DNA of 64,000 nt from Armatimonadetes bacterium CG06_land_8_20_14_3_00_66_21 (GTDB taxonomy: Bacteria; Armatimonadota; Abditibacteriia; CG2-30-66-41). This document shows, one piece after another, positions 1-9,589 of the stretch. How positions within the stretch are numbered: the first letter of the stretch is position 1; each line of letters opens with the position of its first letter. The stretch is taken from positions 448-64,447 of the forward strand of contig PEVN01000374.1 in assembly GCA_002779825.1 (NCBI GenBank), given 5' to 3'. The position numbers and the translations under genes were made by a program. The notes below the pieces were generated by a model, which did not search any database, had not been told where the DNA came from, and worked only from the letters and a program-made list of their open reading frames with translations.

Positions 1-2
1 GA

Positions 3-3000
3 TGCCTCTTGCTGCTGAACGCTCCCCAAGCACTGCCGCCGTTGGCGGCGGCCGAGGAGAATGGGTCTGCCAAGGAGCGCCCGCTGCGCGCGCTGCTGGA
101 TGCCCCGCTGCTGTTCACCAAGCGGCACAGCTACCAGGGCATCCACATCTATGACACGTTCTTCAAGTGGATCCCGGGCGGTGGAATCTACGTGCTCGAG
201 AACCCGGCGGACCCGCCAGAGCTGCACCGCGTGCGTGCCATCATCGACCCAACAACCCCCGAGACCTTGGGTGAGGGCATCTACAGCGACGTCGACCTCT
301 CATGGGACGCCAAGCGCCTGCTGTTCTGCTTCAAGGGGGAGCAACTCGGCTCGACCAGCATCTACGAGATCGGGATTGACGGCAAGGGGCTCCGCCGGGT
401 CAGCGACCCGAGGCCATCCTGCGCCACTTACCGGGGTTCGTACGGCGGCGTGCACGACGTAACCCCCGCGTACTTGCCCGATGGCCGCATAGCGTTCACC
501 TCAACACGCCCGCAGGGGCTGGTGCCGTGCGCAAACGAAGGCGTCAACATCCTGCACGTCATGAATGCCGACGGGTGCGACCTCCACCCGATCTCGGTCA
601 ACAACGTCAACGAGTTCGACCCCTGCGTGCTGCCCGACGGGCGGCTCCTCTTCGGCCGCTGGGAGTACATCGATAAGACCGCGCTCACGCAGCAGAGCCT
701 GTGGACGGTCTTCCCCGAGGGCACCAACGAGACCGCGCTCTACGCCAACAACATGGTCCATCCCGAGGCGCTGCTCGATGCGCGGCCGGTGCCCGGCGAC
801 GAACACCTGATCGCCGCGACGCTTACGCCCCACAACTCGCCGCCACGTGGTAGCCTCGCGATCATCGACACGCGGCTCGGCAAGAACGACCCCGCAGCCA
901 TTACCAACTTCGAGCATCCTGACAACCCAACATTCGACCGCGGGGAGTCGTGCGACCCGTGGCCGCTTTCGAGAGACGTGCTTGTCTTCAGCGGCCGCCC
1001 ACAGGGCTCGCAATACAACGTGCTGGAGATGATCGGCAGGGACGGGCGACGCGAGGTGCTGCACACGGAGGCGGGCATCTGCTGCCACGAGCCGATGCTG
1101 GTGAAGCCTCGGCCGCGGCCGGAGGTGACCTTCCCCACCACGCGACCGGGGGAGACAACCGGGCGGTTCTTCGTCCAGAACATCTACGACGGACTCACCG
1201 GCGTCAACCCGGGCGAAGTCAAGCAACTCCGTGTCATCGAAGAGACCTCGCGCATCAGCGCCACTCCCGGCGGCGCCATGAACCAGGTCTTCCTGATGAG
1301 CGGCGTGTTGGCGTGGAGCGCCAAGAACTACCTCGGCGTCGTGCCGGTGGCCGACGACGGGTCCGCCTACTTCGAGGTCCCGTCGGAGCGGGCAGTCTAC
1401 CTGCAAGCGCTGGACGCCGACGGCCGCCTTGTGCAGAGCATGCGGACCTTTGTGCAAGCGGCGCCGGGCACCACTCGGTCGTGCATCGGCTGCCACGAGA
1501 ACAAGTTCTCCGCGCCGCCCGGCGGCCGGAGCTACCCTCCCGTCAACCGCCAGGCCGACCGCTTGAAGCCCGAGTCCTGGGGCAGCGGGTTCATCGACTA
1601 CCCCAGCATGGTGCAGCCCGTACTCGACAAGCACTGCGTCCAGTGCCACGGGGGCCAGCAGGGCTTCGGCGGCAAGCTCGACCTCACCGGCGGCTGGACG
1701 GAGTTCTTCAGCATCGGCTACGAGAACCTCATCAGCCGCCGCGAGAGGCAGCTCACGGCTTCGCTTATCGCCGGGGTCGACACCATGAACGGCACGTCGC
1801 GCTGGTCGGCGCAGATCTTCCCACCGCGCAAACACGGCTCGGGGGCGGCGCCGTTGGCGGAGGTGCTTGTCAGCGGGCACAAGGGCCGCCTCCATGGTCT
1901 CAGCCGAACAGAACGCGATCTGCTCATGGCCTGGATCGACACCAACGGCCTGTACCACGGCACCTGGGACTACACCGCCAACGGCTGTAGCGTGAAGTCG
2001 TGGCAGGCGACCAAGCAGGCACTCATCGGCGAGATGCAATCGGCAGGTTGCCTGAGCTGCCACCAGAGCGGCGACAAAGTGCAGTTCGAGGACGACTGGT
2101 TCAACCTCCAGCACCCGGAGTTGAGTCGCCTGCTGCGAGCGCCGTTAGCGACAGGCGGGTCCGGGCTGGGCCTTGCCCTCTGCCGCAAACAGCGGCCTGC
2201 CGTCAACTACGAGCGCGTGCGCATTCTCGTCGGCGGCCAGTACCTACATGGCGACCTCCCCGTCGACCAGTTCAAAGCGCAAGTGGCGCCCGCGGCCGGC
2301 GAGCCGGCCGAACCGAACGTCACCTTCACCGACACCAGCGATCCCCACTACCAGACCCTGCTGCAGCTCATCCGCGACGGTCGCCGGCGAGCGTTGTCCG
2401 AGCCGCGAGCCGACATGCCGGGCGCGGAGATCATCCCCGGTAAGCACCGGGAGTTCCTGCCCCCTCCCCTGCCCGACCCGCTGCCGACGCTCCAGGCACA
2501 GGTCGATGCCGACAGCCTCGTCCACCTGTCGTGGGAGCGCTCGGCACGCACCATCGGTCTCGAGGCGGAGGTCTATCGCGGGGCGGAAGCCGGCTTCGAA
2601 CCAAGCGAGGAGACACGCCTTGCGGCAACTCCGCTCTTCGCCTACGCCGACGCCCAAGCCCAACCGGGGAACCAGCACTACGCTGTCCTCCTGGTGTCGA
2701 ACGGTCAACGCTCTCACCCGATGCGAGCGGACCTCTCCGTCCCGCCCCCGCAGCCTCCCGACACACCGACAGGTCTCCAGGCCAAGTCAGCACCGGGGCG
2801 CGTCGAGTTGGCGTGGAACGAAGTCGGCGGTCTCTTCACCCGGTACCATGTCTACCGCTCCGCCGCCGGTGCCGGTGAGCCGGAACGTCTCACGGCCGAA
2901 CCTGTTGCTGAGTTGCACTACTCCGACGTTGGCGCCGCAGAAGGCACCGACTACACGTATACCGTCCGGGCCGCCAACCGGCGCGGCACCGAAAGCGCGC

Positions 3001-3638
3001 CCAGCCCGCCAGTGGTTGCCGCACCGCTCCCGGAGATCAAGGACCCGATGTTCGTGGCCTCGTTCGCAGAAAACCTCGACGCAGCGGCCTACCCGACCGG
3101 CGCCGCACCAGGCACCCCGCAGGGCACAGCCCGCGTAGTTGACGGCACCCTCGACCTCAGCGAAGGCGGGTTCGTCACCTTCGCCCACCGCCCCGCGTTC
3201 GACCTCACGCAACGCCTCTCCATCGAGTGCTGGGTGAACATCGAGAAGGGAACCGACATGCCCGTCGTCCTCAGTTGCGGCGTCTGGCGCCAGGCCGGCT
3301 GGTTCCTCCAACGCATCGGCGCCGGCTGGCGCTGGCACGTCGGCGGAATTGACTGCGACGGAGGCAAGCCCGCCCCAGGGAAGTGGACCCACCTCGTCGG
3401 CACCTATGACGGGCAAGCGGCCCGCCTCTACCAGGACGGCGAGTTGGTCGCAGAGAAGCCAGGGACCGCTATCACCGCTCTCTGGAACGGCCCACTCCAC
3501 GTGGGCCAGTACAGCGGTGGTCCAGGCCCGCAGTACCAAGTGCTCGGCCGGATGGCGGGAGTTCGGGTCTACGGTCGGGCGCTGTCGCTCGACGACGTGC
3601 GTGCCGCGCACGACGCGACTGCCAGCCTGCAGCAATGA
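3..3638 (+). CDS. Large exported multidomain protein, 5'-partial. Contains a beta-propeller-like N-terminal region, three CxxCH haem-c motifs (PSCyt / hydrazine-synthase-alpha-middle-domain-like), FN3-like modules and a C-terminal LamG/concanavalin-like domain.
   Basis: Track ORF 9..3638; its frame stays open to the window edge. CxxCH motifs: CIGCH 1482-1496, CVQCH 1634-1648 (context LDKHCVQCHGG..GGKLDLTGG) and CLSCH 2049-2063. C-terminal LSIECWVN..GKWTHLVGTYDG..ARLYQDGELV..VRVYGRALS matches a LamG-type pattern. Confidence 0.75.
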   Translation, partial: CLLLLNAPQALPPLAAAEENGSAKERPLRALLDAPLLFTKRHSYQGIHIYDTFFKWIPGGGIYVLENPADPPELHRVRAIIDPTTPETLGEGIYSDVDLSWDAKRLLFCFKGEQLGSTSIYEIGIDGKGLRRVSDPRPSCATYRGSYGGVHDVTPAYLPDGRIAFTSTRPQGLVPCANEGVNILHVMNADGCDLHPISVNNVNEFDPCVLPDGRLLFGRWEYIDKTALTQQSLWTVFPEGTNETALYANNMVHPEALLDARPVPGDEHLIAATLTPHNSPPRGSLAIIDTRLGKNDPAAITNFEHPDNPTFDRGESCDPWPLSRDVLVFSGRPQGSQYNVLEMIGRDGRREVLHTEAGICCHEPMLVKPRPRPEVTFPTTRPGETTGRFFVQNIYDGLTGVNPGEVKQLRVIEETSRISATPGGAMNQVFLMSGVLAWSAKNYLGVVPVADDGSAYFEVPSERAVYLQALDADGRLVQSMRTFVQAAPGTTRSCIGCHENKFSAPPGGRSYPPVNRQADRLKPESWGSGFIDYPSMVQPVLDKHCVQCHGGQQGFGGKLDLTGGWTEFFSIGYENLISRRERQLTASLIAGVDTMNGTSRWSAQIFPPRKHGSGAAPLAEVLVSGHKGRLHGLSRTERDLLMAWIDTNGLYHGTWDYTANGCSVKSWQATKQALIGEMQSAGCLSCHQSGDKVQFEDDWFNLQHPELSRLLRAPLATGGSGLGLALCRKQRPAVNYERVRILVGGQYLHGDLPVDQFKAQVAPAAGEPAEPNVTFTDTSDPHYQTLLQLIRDGRRRALSEPRADMPGAEIIPGKHREFLPPPLPDPLPTLQAQVDADSLVHLSWERSARTIGLEAEVYRGAEAGFEPSEETRLAATPLFAYADAQAQPGNQHYAVLLVSNGQRSHPMRADLSVPPPQPPDTPTGLQAKSAPGRVELAWNEVGGLFTRYHVYRSAAGAGEPERLTAEPVAELHYSDVGAAEGTDYTYTVRAANRRGTESAPSPPVVAAPLPEIKDPMFVASFAENLDAAAYPTGAAPGTPQGTARVVDGTLDLSEGGFVTFAHRPAFDLTQRLSIECWVNIEKGTDMPVVLSCGVWRQAGWFLQRIGAGWRWHVGGIDCDGGKPAPGKWTHLVGTYDGQAARLYQDGELVAEKPGTAITALWNGPLHVGQYSGGPGPQYQVLGRMAGVRVYGRALSLDDVRAAHDATASLQQ

Positions 3639-3742
3639 TAGACGCGGCACAAAGGGCAGACGGGCAGTCAGCTCCGCAGGCCGGATCGGTGCCGTGCTAT
3701 AAAGAGGAGGGCGCAACTTGTTGGACGCGCTCGCGAAGCTAA

Positions 3743-4249
3743 CTACTTCTTCGCCAGCTTCGCGATCGTGGGCTCGAACTCTTTGTCCATCGGGTGACCG
3801 TGCCACACGATCTTGCCTTTCTTGTCGACGATGAACGCATGGGGGATGGAGTCCACGCCGAAGGCGCCCAAGTAAGCGCGCGAGGTTGCCTGATCCTTGT
3901 CGACTGCCACGTTGTAGTCCATCTTCTCGCCCTGCTCCTTCACGAAGGGCTTGACCTCGTCCAGCAACTCATCGCTGACACCCACGAACACCACGTTCTT
4001 GCTATTGAACTTCTTCTGCAGCTCCGTCAGGTGCGGAATGCTGGCGCGGCAGGGCGGGCACCAAGTGGCCCAGAACTCAATCACGTAGACCTTCTTGCCC
4101 TTGCCCTCAGACAGCTTGACGGGCTTGCCCTTCGCCCACGACGCCACCTTCAACTCGGGCGCCGGATCCCCCAGTTTGGCGGCAAACAACGGCGCGGCGG
4201 ACAGCGCCCAGGTCAGGACGGCTGCAATTGCGAGACGATTTCGGTTCAT
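3743..4249 (-). CDS. Periplasmic TlpA/ResA-like thiol-disulfide oxidoreductase (thioredoxin fold).
   Basis: N-terminal signal peptide MNRNRLAIAAVLTWALSAAPLFA. Redoxin motif FWATWCPPCRASIPHL. Length of 168 aa is typical. Confidence 0.85.
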   Translation of the reverse strand: MNRNRLAIAAVLTWALSAAPLFAAKLGDPAPELKVASWAKGKPVKLSEGKGKKVYVIEFWATWCPPCRASIPHLTELQKKFNSKNVVFVGVSDELLDEVKPFVKEQGEKMDYNVAVDKDQATSRAYLGAFGVDSIPHAFIVDKKGKIVWHGHPMDKEFEPTIAKLAKK

Positions 4250-4670
4250 CGTGATTCCTCCAGATTCGGTTCGGGTGCGCCAAGGTTGAGGAGCGCAACG
4301 CCTGATTATACTGTGGCCCGCACGCGGGCATTGCGTGGCTCGCGGCGTCCACTACGGTCACTCAGCCTCCTGCGAGCGGTTGGTTACGGCGGCCCCTCCA
4401 ACAGGATCGCTCAGTTGCCAGCGCGAAGCTGCTACAATCGGCTGTCGACTGGAGCGGTCCACGGGGGGCGCGTGCCAAGTTGACAAGGTGGACTTGGTGG
4501 ACGGGCAGGACAAGGTCCGGACGCCACGTCCACACCATCGACTTCGTCCACGGTGTCCACCTCTCCCACCAACGCCGAGATCGCAGCCACGAGAGTCCCG
4601 GCTCCCCTCGATGCGGCCGCGGCCTCACGGATCGCCTCTATGGAATGCGCACTCAGTAGCGGAGCAAGCA

Positions 4671-6302
4671 ATGAAGCACCGGAAGAAACTCATCCCGATC
4701 GCACTGCTCGTCGTCACAGCGGTGACGGTCGCCGTTACACGGAAACGACGAAGCGACGACGAGACGCTGCAGAATGGCAAGCTCCACGGCAGTGGCACTG
4801 TCGAGGCAACGGAGGTCGAGGTCGCGGCGACGATGACCGGTCGGCTGACCGCGGTGGCCGTAGAGGAGGGTGACACTGTCTCGGCTGGCGACCTCGTCGC
4901 CCGACTCGACACCCGAGACCTGAAGGCGAGACAGGTTCAGACCGAAGCGGCGCTGGCCGAAGCCAACGCCAATCTCAACCGTCTCCGCAACGGCACCCGA
5001 GCGGAGCAGCTCCGCGCCGCGCGGGCCGCCGTCGACTCAGCAACGAAGGCGGGGCAGGCGGCTGCGGCAAAGCTCAGGGCGCTGCGCAATGGCGCCCGCC
5101 CGGCCGAGAAGCGCCAAGCGGCGGCGGCCGTCGCGCAGGCAGACGAGGCTGTCGCCGGAGCGAGACTCGCCCTCGCCACGGCCCACGAGAGCCATGCCGA
5201 CGCCACCAACCTCAAGCAGCAAGTAGACGCCGCGGAGACTGCACAGGCGGCCGCAGCAGAGCAGCAGAAGCTGGCGCAGGCGCAGCTCGACTTAGTCAAC
5301 GAAGGGCCGCGCAAGGAACAAATCGACCGAGCGCGGGCCGCTCTGGAACAAGCGACCGCCAAGCGCACAAACGCCAAGCGCCGGCACGATCGGGCCACGC
5401 AACTCTTTGCCGACGGCGCCGCGCCGAAGCAGTCGCTTGACGACGCCGAAGCCGCCATTGAGACTGCCGACGCCGCCGTCGCCGCAGCGAACGCGCAACT
5501 GGCAGAACTGCAAGCGGGTGCCCGATCCGAGGAGGTACGGCAAGCGCAAGCTGCCCTGGCGCAGGCCAAGGCAAACGTCGCTGGCTCTGCCAAGGCACTA
5601 GCCAACGCCCGCAAGCTCTACGCCGACCGGCTGGAGACCCGCGCCAAGGTTGAGACGGCCGAGACCCAATCGCGCATTGCCGAACAGCAGCGCAAGCAAG
5701 CGGCCGAGAGCGCCGCGTTGGTCGTCGAAGGACCACGCGCCGAGGAGATCCGCGCGGCCGAAGCGCTGTGGGAACAGGCCAAGGCCCAGACTCGGGCGGC
5801 CCAGGCGCAACTGGATTTGCTGGTCGCCGGTGAACGGCCGGAGGTCATTGCCGCGGCCGAGGCTGAGGTTGCACGCATGGGAGGGGTGCTTCAGCAGCTC
5901 AACGCCGGGTTGGAAGACGCCACCATCGTCGCCCCACGCGCCGGCACCATCGCCGAGGTCGCCGCCAGGGCCGGGGAAGTGGTGCCGCCTGGCGCTTGCA
6001 TCGTGCGCCTGCTCGACCTCGCGAACGCGTGGCTGAAGGTCTACTTCCCGCTGACCCACCTCGGGCGCGTGAAGCTCGGACAGCGCGCCACCCTCGTTGC
6101 AGACACATTCCCCGACAAGGAGTACGCCGCCCGCGTCACCGAGGTCTCCGAAGAAGCCGAGTTCACTCCGAAGAACGTCCAGACCCGAGAGCAACGCGTC
6201 CAGGAAGTCTTCTGGGTGAAGCTGGCAATCGAGAACCCGAACGGCGAACTGAAACCAGGAATGCCCGCCGAAGGGCTCATCGACGTAGGAGCGGAGCGAT
6301 AG
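4671..6302 (+). CDS. HlyD-family periplasmic adaptor with a very long Ala/Gln/Glu-rich coiled coil (YbhG-like).
   Basis: ATG at 4671 (MKHRKKLIPIALLVVTAVTV membrane anchor), in frame with track ORF 4335..6302. Lipoyl-like segments (GDTVSAGDLVARLD; APRAGTIAEV) flank about 350 aa of coiled coil. ABC genes follow directly. Confidence 0.8.
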   Translation: MKHRKKLIPIALLVVTAVTVAVTRKRRSDDETLQNGKLHGSGTVEATEVEVAATMTGRLTAVAVEEGDTVSAGDLVARLDTRDLKARQVQTEAALAEANANLNRLRNGTRAEQLRAARAAVDSATKAGQAAAAKLRALRNGARPAEKRQAAAAVAQADEAVAGARLALATAHESHADATNLKQQVDAAETAQAAAAEQQKLAQAQLDLVNEGPRKEQIDRARAALEQATAKRTNAKRRHDRATQLFADGAAPKQSLDDAEAAIETADAAVAAANAQLAELQAGARSEEVRQAQAALAQAKANVAGSAKALANARKLYADRLETRAKVETAETQSRIAEQQRKQAAESAALVVEGPRAEEIRAAEALWEQAKAQTRAAQAQLDLLVAGERPEVIAAAEAEVARMGGVLQQLNAGLEDATIVAPRAGTIAEVAARAGEVVPPGACIVRLLDLANAWLKVYFPLTHLGRVKLGQRATLVADTFPDKEYAARVTEVSEEAEFTPKNVQTREQRVQEVFWVKLAIENPNGELKPGMPAEGLIDVGAER

Positions 6303-6357
6303 CGCCGCGGGCCTCCGCTCTGCCCACCCGGGTCACCGCCTTTGCTGCACCCTCCCC

Positions 6358-7293
6358 ATGGACACTCCTTTCGCCCTCCACACCACCGGCCTTTCCAAGC
6401 ATTTCGGCGAAGTCAAAGCGGTCGACGATCTCACGCTGGAAGCGCGCCGCGGCGAGATCTTCGGCATGGTTGGTCCCGATGGAGCCGGGAAGACCACCAC
6501 CATGCGAATGCTCTGCGCGGTGATGCTGCCCACGTCGGGCAGCGCGGAGGTTGCTGGCGTGGATGTGGTTGCCGAGCCGGCCGAGGTGAAGCGCCGTACC
6601 GGATACCTGTCTCAGCAGTTCAGCCAGTATCCCGACCTGACCGTGTGGGAGAACATTGCTCTTGCCGCCGACCTCTACGGCGTCCCGCGTGCGCAGTGGC
6701 ACGAACGTGCCGACGAGCTGCTTCGCGCCAGCCGAATGCGCGAGTTTAGGGCGCGCCTCGCGCAGAATCTTTCGGGCGGCATGAAGCAGAAGCTCGCGCT
6801 CACCTGCGCGCTCATTCACTCGCCCGAGGTGCTGTTCCTCGACGAGCCGACCACCGGCGTCGATCCAGTCTCGCGGCGCGAGTTCTGGGCGATCCTCTAC
6901 CGACTACCAGCGGAGGGCGTCACCGTCGTGGTCAGCACTCCCTACATGGACGAAGCCGAGCGCTGCACGCGGCTGGCCTTCCTGCGCGAGGGGCGGGTGC
7001 TGGACTGCGCCACGCCACAGGAACTGAAGGCGAAGGTGCAGGGCGAGGTGCTCTCCCTGGACGTCGCCCCACTCCGGCCGGCTCGCGACCTGCTGCGACA
7101 GGAGCCCACCGTGAGACAGGTGGCGCTCTTTGGCGATCGACTCCACGCGGTGGTCGGGAGTGCAGCGCGCGATCTACCAGCGCTCCGGTCCGCCCTGCAG
7201 CACGCCGGGATTGAGGTCCGTACCGTGGACTTGGCGGCACCAACTCTGGAGGACGTGTTCATCGACCTCACCCAAGCGGAGCCGCGACTGTGA
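6358..7293 (+). CDS. ABC transporter ATP-binding protein (ABC-2/DrrA-like).
   Basis: Walker A GPDGAGKTTT, signature LSGGMKQKL, Walker B VLFLDEPTTG. Confidence 0.9.
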   Translation: MDTPFALHTTGLSKHFGEVKAVDDLTLEARRGEIFGMVGPDGAGKTTTMRMLCAVMLPTSGSAEVAGVDVVAEPAEVKRRTGYLSQQFSQYPDLTVWENIALAADLYGVPRAQWHERADELLRASRMREFRARLAQNLSGGMKQKLALTCALIHSPEVLFLDEPTTGVDPVSRREFWAILYRLPAEGVTVVVSTPYMDEAERCTRLAFLREGRVLDCATPQELKAKVQGEVLSLDVAPLRPARDLLRQEPTVRQVALFGDRLHAVVGSAARDLPALRSALQHAGIEVRTVDLAAPTLEDVFIDLTQAEPRL

Positions 7294-7389
7294 AGCAGCA
7301 GCCCACGCGCCCCTCCCCCGCGAGCGCTCAGTGCCGCGGCCGCTCCTTCACAGTCACGGCTCGGAAGGCGCTGACGGTGGCTCATTCGA

Positions 7390-8355
7390 ATGACTGAATC
7401 CAACGACGCCGTCATTGACGTTCGCGACCTGGTGAAGCGCTTCGGCGACTTCACTGCGGTCAACTACGTCTCGTTCTCGGTGAAGCGTGGCGAGATCTTC
7501 GGCTTTCTTGGCCCCAACGGCGCCGGGAAGACGACTACAATGCGGATGGCTTGCGGGCTGCTGACGCCGACTTCGGGGAGCGGGCAGGTGGCGGGGTTCG
7601 ACATCGTGACGCAGGCGGAGGAGATCAAGCGTCGTCTGGGCTACATGTCGCAGCGGTTCTCGCTGTACGACGATCTTACGGTCAACGAAAACCTGGAGTT
7701 CTACGGCGGCATCTACGGTCTCCCCGCGGCTCGGCTGGACCAACGTCGTGCGGAGGTGCTTGACCAGGTTGGGCTCACAGGAATGAAGGGACGGTTGGCG
7801 GCGCACCTGTCAGTAGGCTACCGGCAGCGGCTCGGGCTCGCCTGCGCGGTGATCCATGAGCCGCCGGTGCTGTTTCTCGATGAACCGACCAGCGGCGTCG
7901 ATCCGGTGTCGCGACGGCGTTTCTGGGACCTCATCGACCAGATGTCTGCGACCGGCGTCACGGTGCTGGTGACAACACACGTCATGGACGAGGCCGAGTT
8001 CTGCCATCGGCTGGTCATGATCTACCGCGGGCGACGAGTTGCCATGGGCCGGCCGGCGGAGTTGCGCAGCGCCTACCCCAACACCGTTCTCGAGGTCGCG
8101 GCCTCGCCGCTGATGACGGCGCTGGCCTGGCTGCAGTCGCACCCGGCGGTCGAGGAGGCAGCCGTGTTCGGAACGGCGCTCCATGTGTCGGTGCCCCGAG
8201 CCGACGCCGATCCGGAGCGATGGCGTGCCGCTCTCACCGCGGCCGGCGTCGCCGTGCAGCGCCTTCAATTGGTGCCGCCCTCAATGGAGGACGTGTTCGT
8301 GTCGCTGGTGGCTGAGGTGGATCGTGAGGCGGCGGACGAAGGAGGCAGCGAGTGA
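7390..8355 (+). CDS. ABC transporter ATP-binding protein, second copy.
   Basis: Walker A GPNGAGKTTT, degenerate signature LSVGYRQRL, Walker B VLFLDEPTSG. Its stop overlaps the start of the next gene (8352). Confidence 0.9.
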   Translation: MTESNDAVIDVRDLVKRFGDFTAVNYVSFSVKRGEIFGFLGPNGAGKTTTMRMACGLLTPTSGSGQVAGFDIVTQAEEIKRRLGYMSQRFSLYDDLTVNENLEFYGGIYGLPAARLDQRRAEVLDQVGLTGMKGRLAAHLSVGYRQRLGLACAVIHEPPVLFLDEPTSGVDPVSRRRFWDLIDQMSATGVTVLVTTHVMDEAEFCHRLVMIYRGRRVAMGRPAELRSAYPNTVLEVAASPLMTALAWLQSHPAVEEAAVFGTALHVSVPRADADPERWRAALTAAGVAVQRLQLVPPSMEDVFVSLVAEVDREAADEGGSE

Positions 8356-9494
8356 GCACGCTCAGCCTCCGCCGCATGTCGGCCATCCACCGGATCGAGT
8401 GGATCCACCTGCTCCGCGACTCGCGCTCCCTTGGCGTCATCATCCTCCAGCCAATGGTGCTGCTCCTCATCTACGGCTATGCCCTCAACTTCGACCTGAA
8501 GAACCTCGCCCTCGCCGTCTACGACCAGGACCACACAGTCGCCAGCCGCGCACTGGTCCGAGACATCGAGAGCAGCACCTACTTCGACCTCACGCACCAC
8601 CTCGACAGTCATTCGAAGATCGCCCCGCTGCTGGACCGTGGCGCGGTGCGATTGGTCCTGGTCATCCCGCCCGGCTTCGGGAGGGACCTCGCCAGCGGGC
8701 CACCTGCCGACCTGCAGACAGTCGTTGACGGTGCCGATTCGACCACGGCCACCATCGCCCTCGCCTACACCGACGGGCTGTTGAGCCTGCACGCGCGGCG
8801 ACTGCTGCGCGACTTTGCCCGCCGCCAGGGAGGGCGCGCCTCCGTGCCCGGCATCGCCCCCGAAGTCCGCGTCTTCTACAACGAATCGCTGGAAAGCCAG
8901 AACTTCATCGTGCCAGGGCTGATCGCCATCGTACTCGCCATGCTGTCCGCTCTGCTCACCGCGGGTACTATCGTGCGCGAACGCGAGAACGGCACCATCG
9001 AGCAGTTGCTTGCTTCCCCACTTCGCCCGCCCGAGCTGATGCTCGGCAAGCTCGCGCCGTACGTGACGATCTCGCTGTTCAACACCGTGCTGGTCCTCTT
9101 CGCCGGGCGGCTGCTGTTCGGTCTGTGGCCGACGGGAAGCGTCTGGCTTCTGCTGGGGCTGGTGCTGCTGGCACTTCCAACCATGCTTGGGATCGGCATG
9201 TTCTTCTCGACCGTGTTCAAGACGCAGCAGATGGCCTTGGTCGGCGCTTTCCTGGCCACGGTACTGCCCTCCATTATTCTGTCGGGGTTCGTCTTCCCCA
9301 TCCAGAACATGCCCCAGCCGCTGCAGCTCCTCAGCAACCTCTTCCCGGCCACCCATCTGCTCAAGATCCTGCGCGGGATCTATCTGAAAGGAATCGGGCT
9401 CTCGGTGCTCTGGCCACAGGCGCTGATCCTGCTGGCGTTCTCCGTCTTCATCATGTTCGTCTGTGTCAAACGCTTCCGCGAATACTTAGACTGA
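8352..9494 (+). CDS. ABC-2 type transporter permease (YbhS/YbhR-like).
   Basis: N-terminal cytoplasmic segment plus TM helix, a large periplasmic loop, then 5 C-terminal TM helices. Contains the RERENGTIEQLLASP motif typical of ABC-2 permeases. Confidence 0.85.
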   Translation: MSTLSLRRMSAIHRIEWIHLLRDSRSLGVIILQPMVLLLIYGYALNFDLKNLALAVYDQDHTVASRALVRDIESSTYFDLTHHLDSHSKIAPLLDRGAVRLVLVIPPGFGRDLASGPPADLQTVVDGADSTTATIALAYTDGLLSLHARRLLRDFARRQGGRASVPGIAPEVRVFYNESLESQNFIVPGLIAIVLAMLSALLTAGTIVRERENGTIEQLLASPLRPPELMLGKLAPYVTISLFNTVLVLFAGRLLFGLWPTGSVWLLLGLVLLALPTMLGIGMFFSTVFKTQQMALVGAFLATVLPSIILSGFVFPIQNMPQPLQLLSNLFPATHLLKILRGIYLKGIGLSVLWPQALILLAFSVFIMFVCVKRFREYLD

Positions 9495-9500
9495 CGCCCC

Positions 9501-9578
9501 CCGTAGCGTAGGTCTCCGACCTGCGGCCCTTGGGCCGAGGAGACCGCCAGGGCTGCCGGTCGAAGACCTACGCTACGG
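9501..9578. repeat. Long intergenic hairpin between the two permease genes (15-bp perfect arms, imperfect extension).
   Basis: CCGTAGCGTAGGTCT at 9501-9515 is the exact reverse complement of AGACCTACGCTACGG at 9564-9578. Partial complementarity continues inward (CCGACC / GGTCGA). Confidence 0.8.
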
Positions 9579-9589
9579 ACCTCTTTATC

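Noticed and set aside
501-2114. Long antisense ORFs in the supplied track. Examples: 501..2114(-), 2787..3806(-), 12427..14289(-), 25501..26469(+), 35264..36643(+), 41794..43149(-), 54452..55891(+), 57758..59902(+), 31730..32749(-), 61054..62238(-).
   Set aside because: Each lies opposite a CDS with clear family motifs. Their products are Arg/Ala/Pro/Gly-rich with no recognisable domains, as expected for shadow ORFs on the non-coding strand of GC-rich genes.
4286-4312. Possible promoter TTGAGG ... TATACT in the tlpA/hlyD intergenic region.
   Set aside because: The spacer is only 15 nt and the -35 element is weak, so support is too thin to list as a feature.
4335-4670. N-terminal extensions of track ORFs. 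Examples: 4335 for hlyD, 9530 for the permease, 15152, 18364, 19325, 23233, 24402, 26523, 36688, 38321, 39821, 40414, 41657, 48400, 51669, 52190, 57815.
   Set aside because: An internal start codon preceded by an AGGAGG-like RBS, and/or followed by a signal peptide or the canonical family N-terminus, fits better. The extensions are low-complexity or overlap neighbouring genes.
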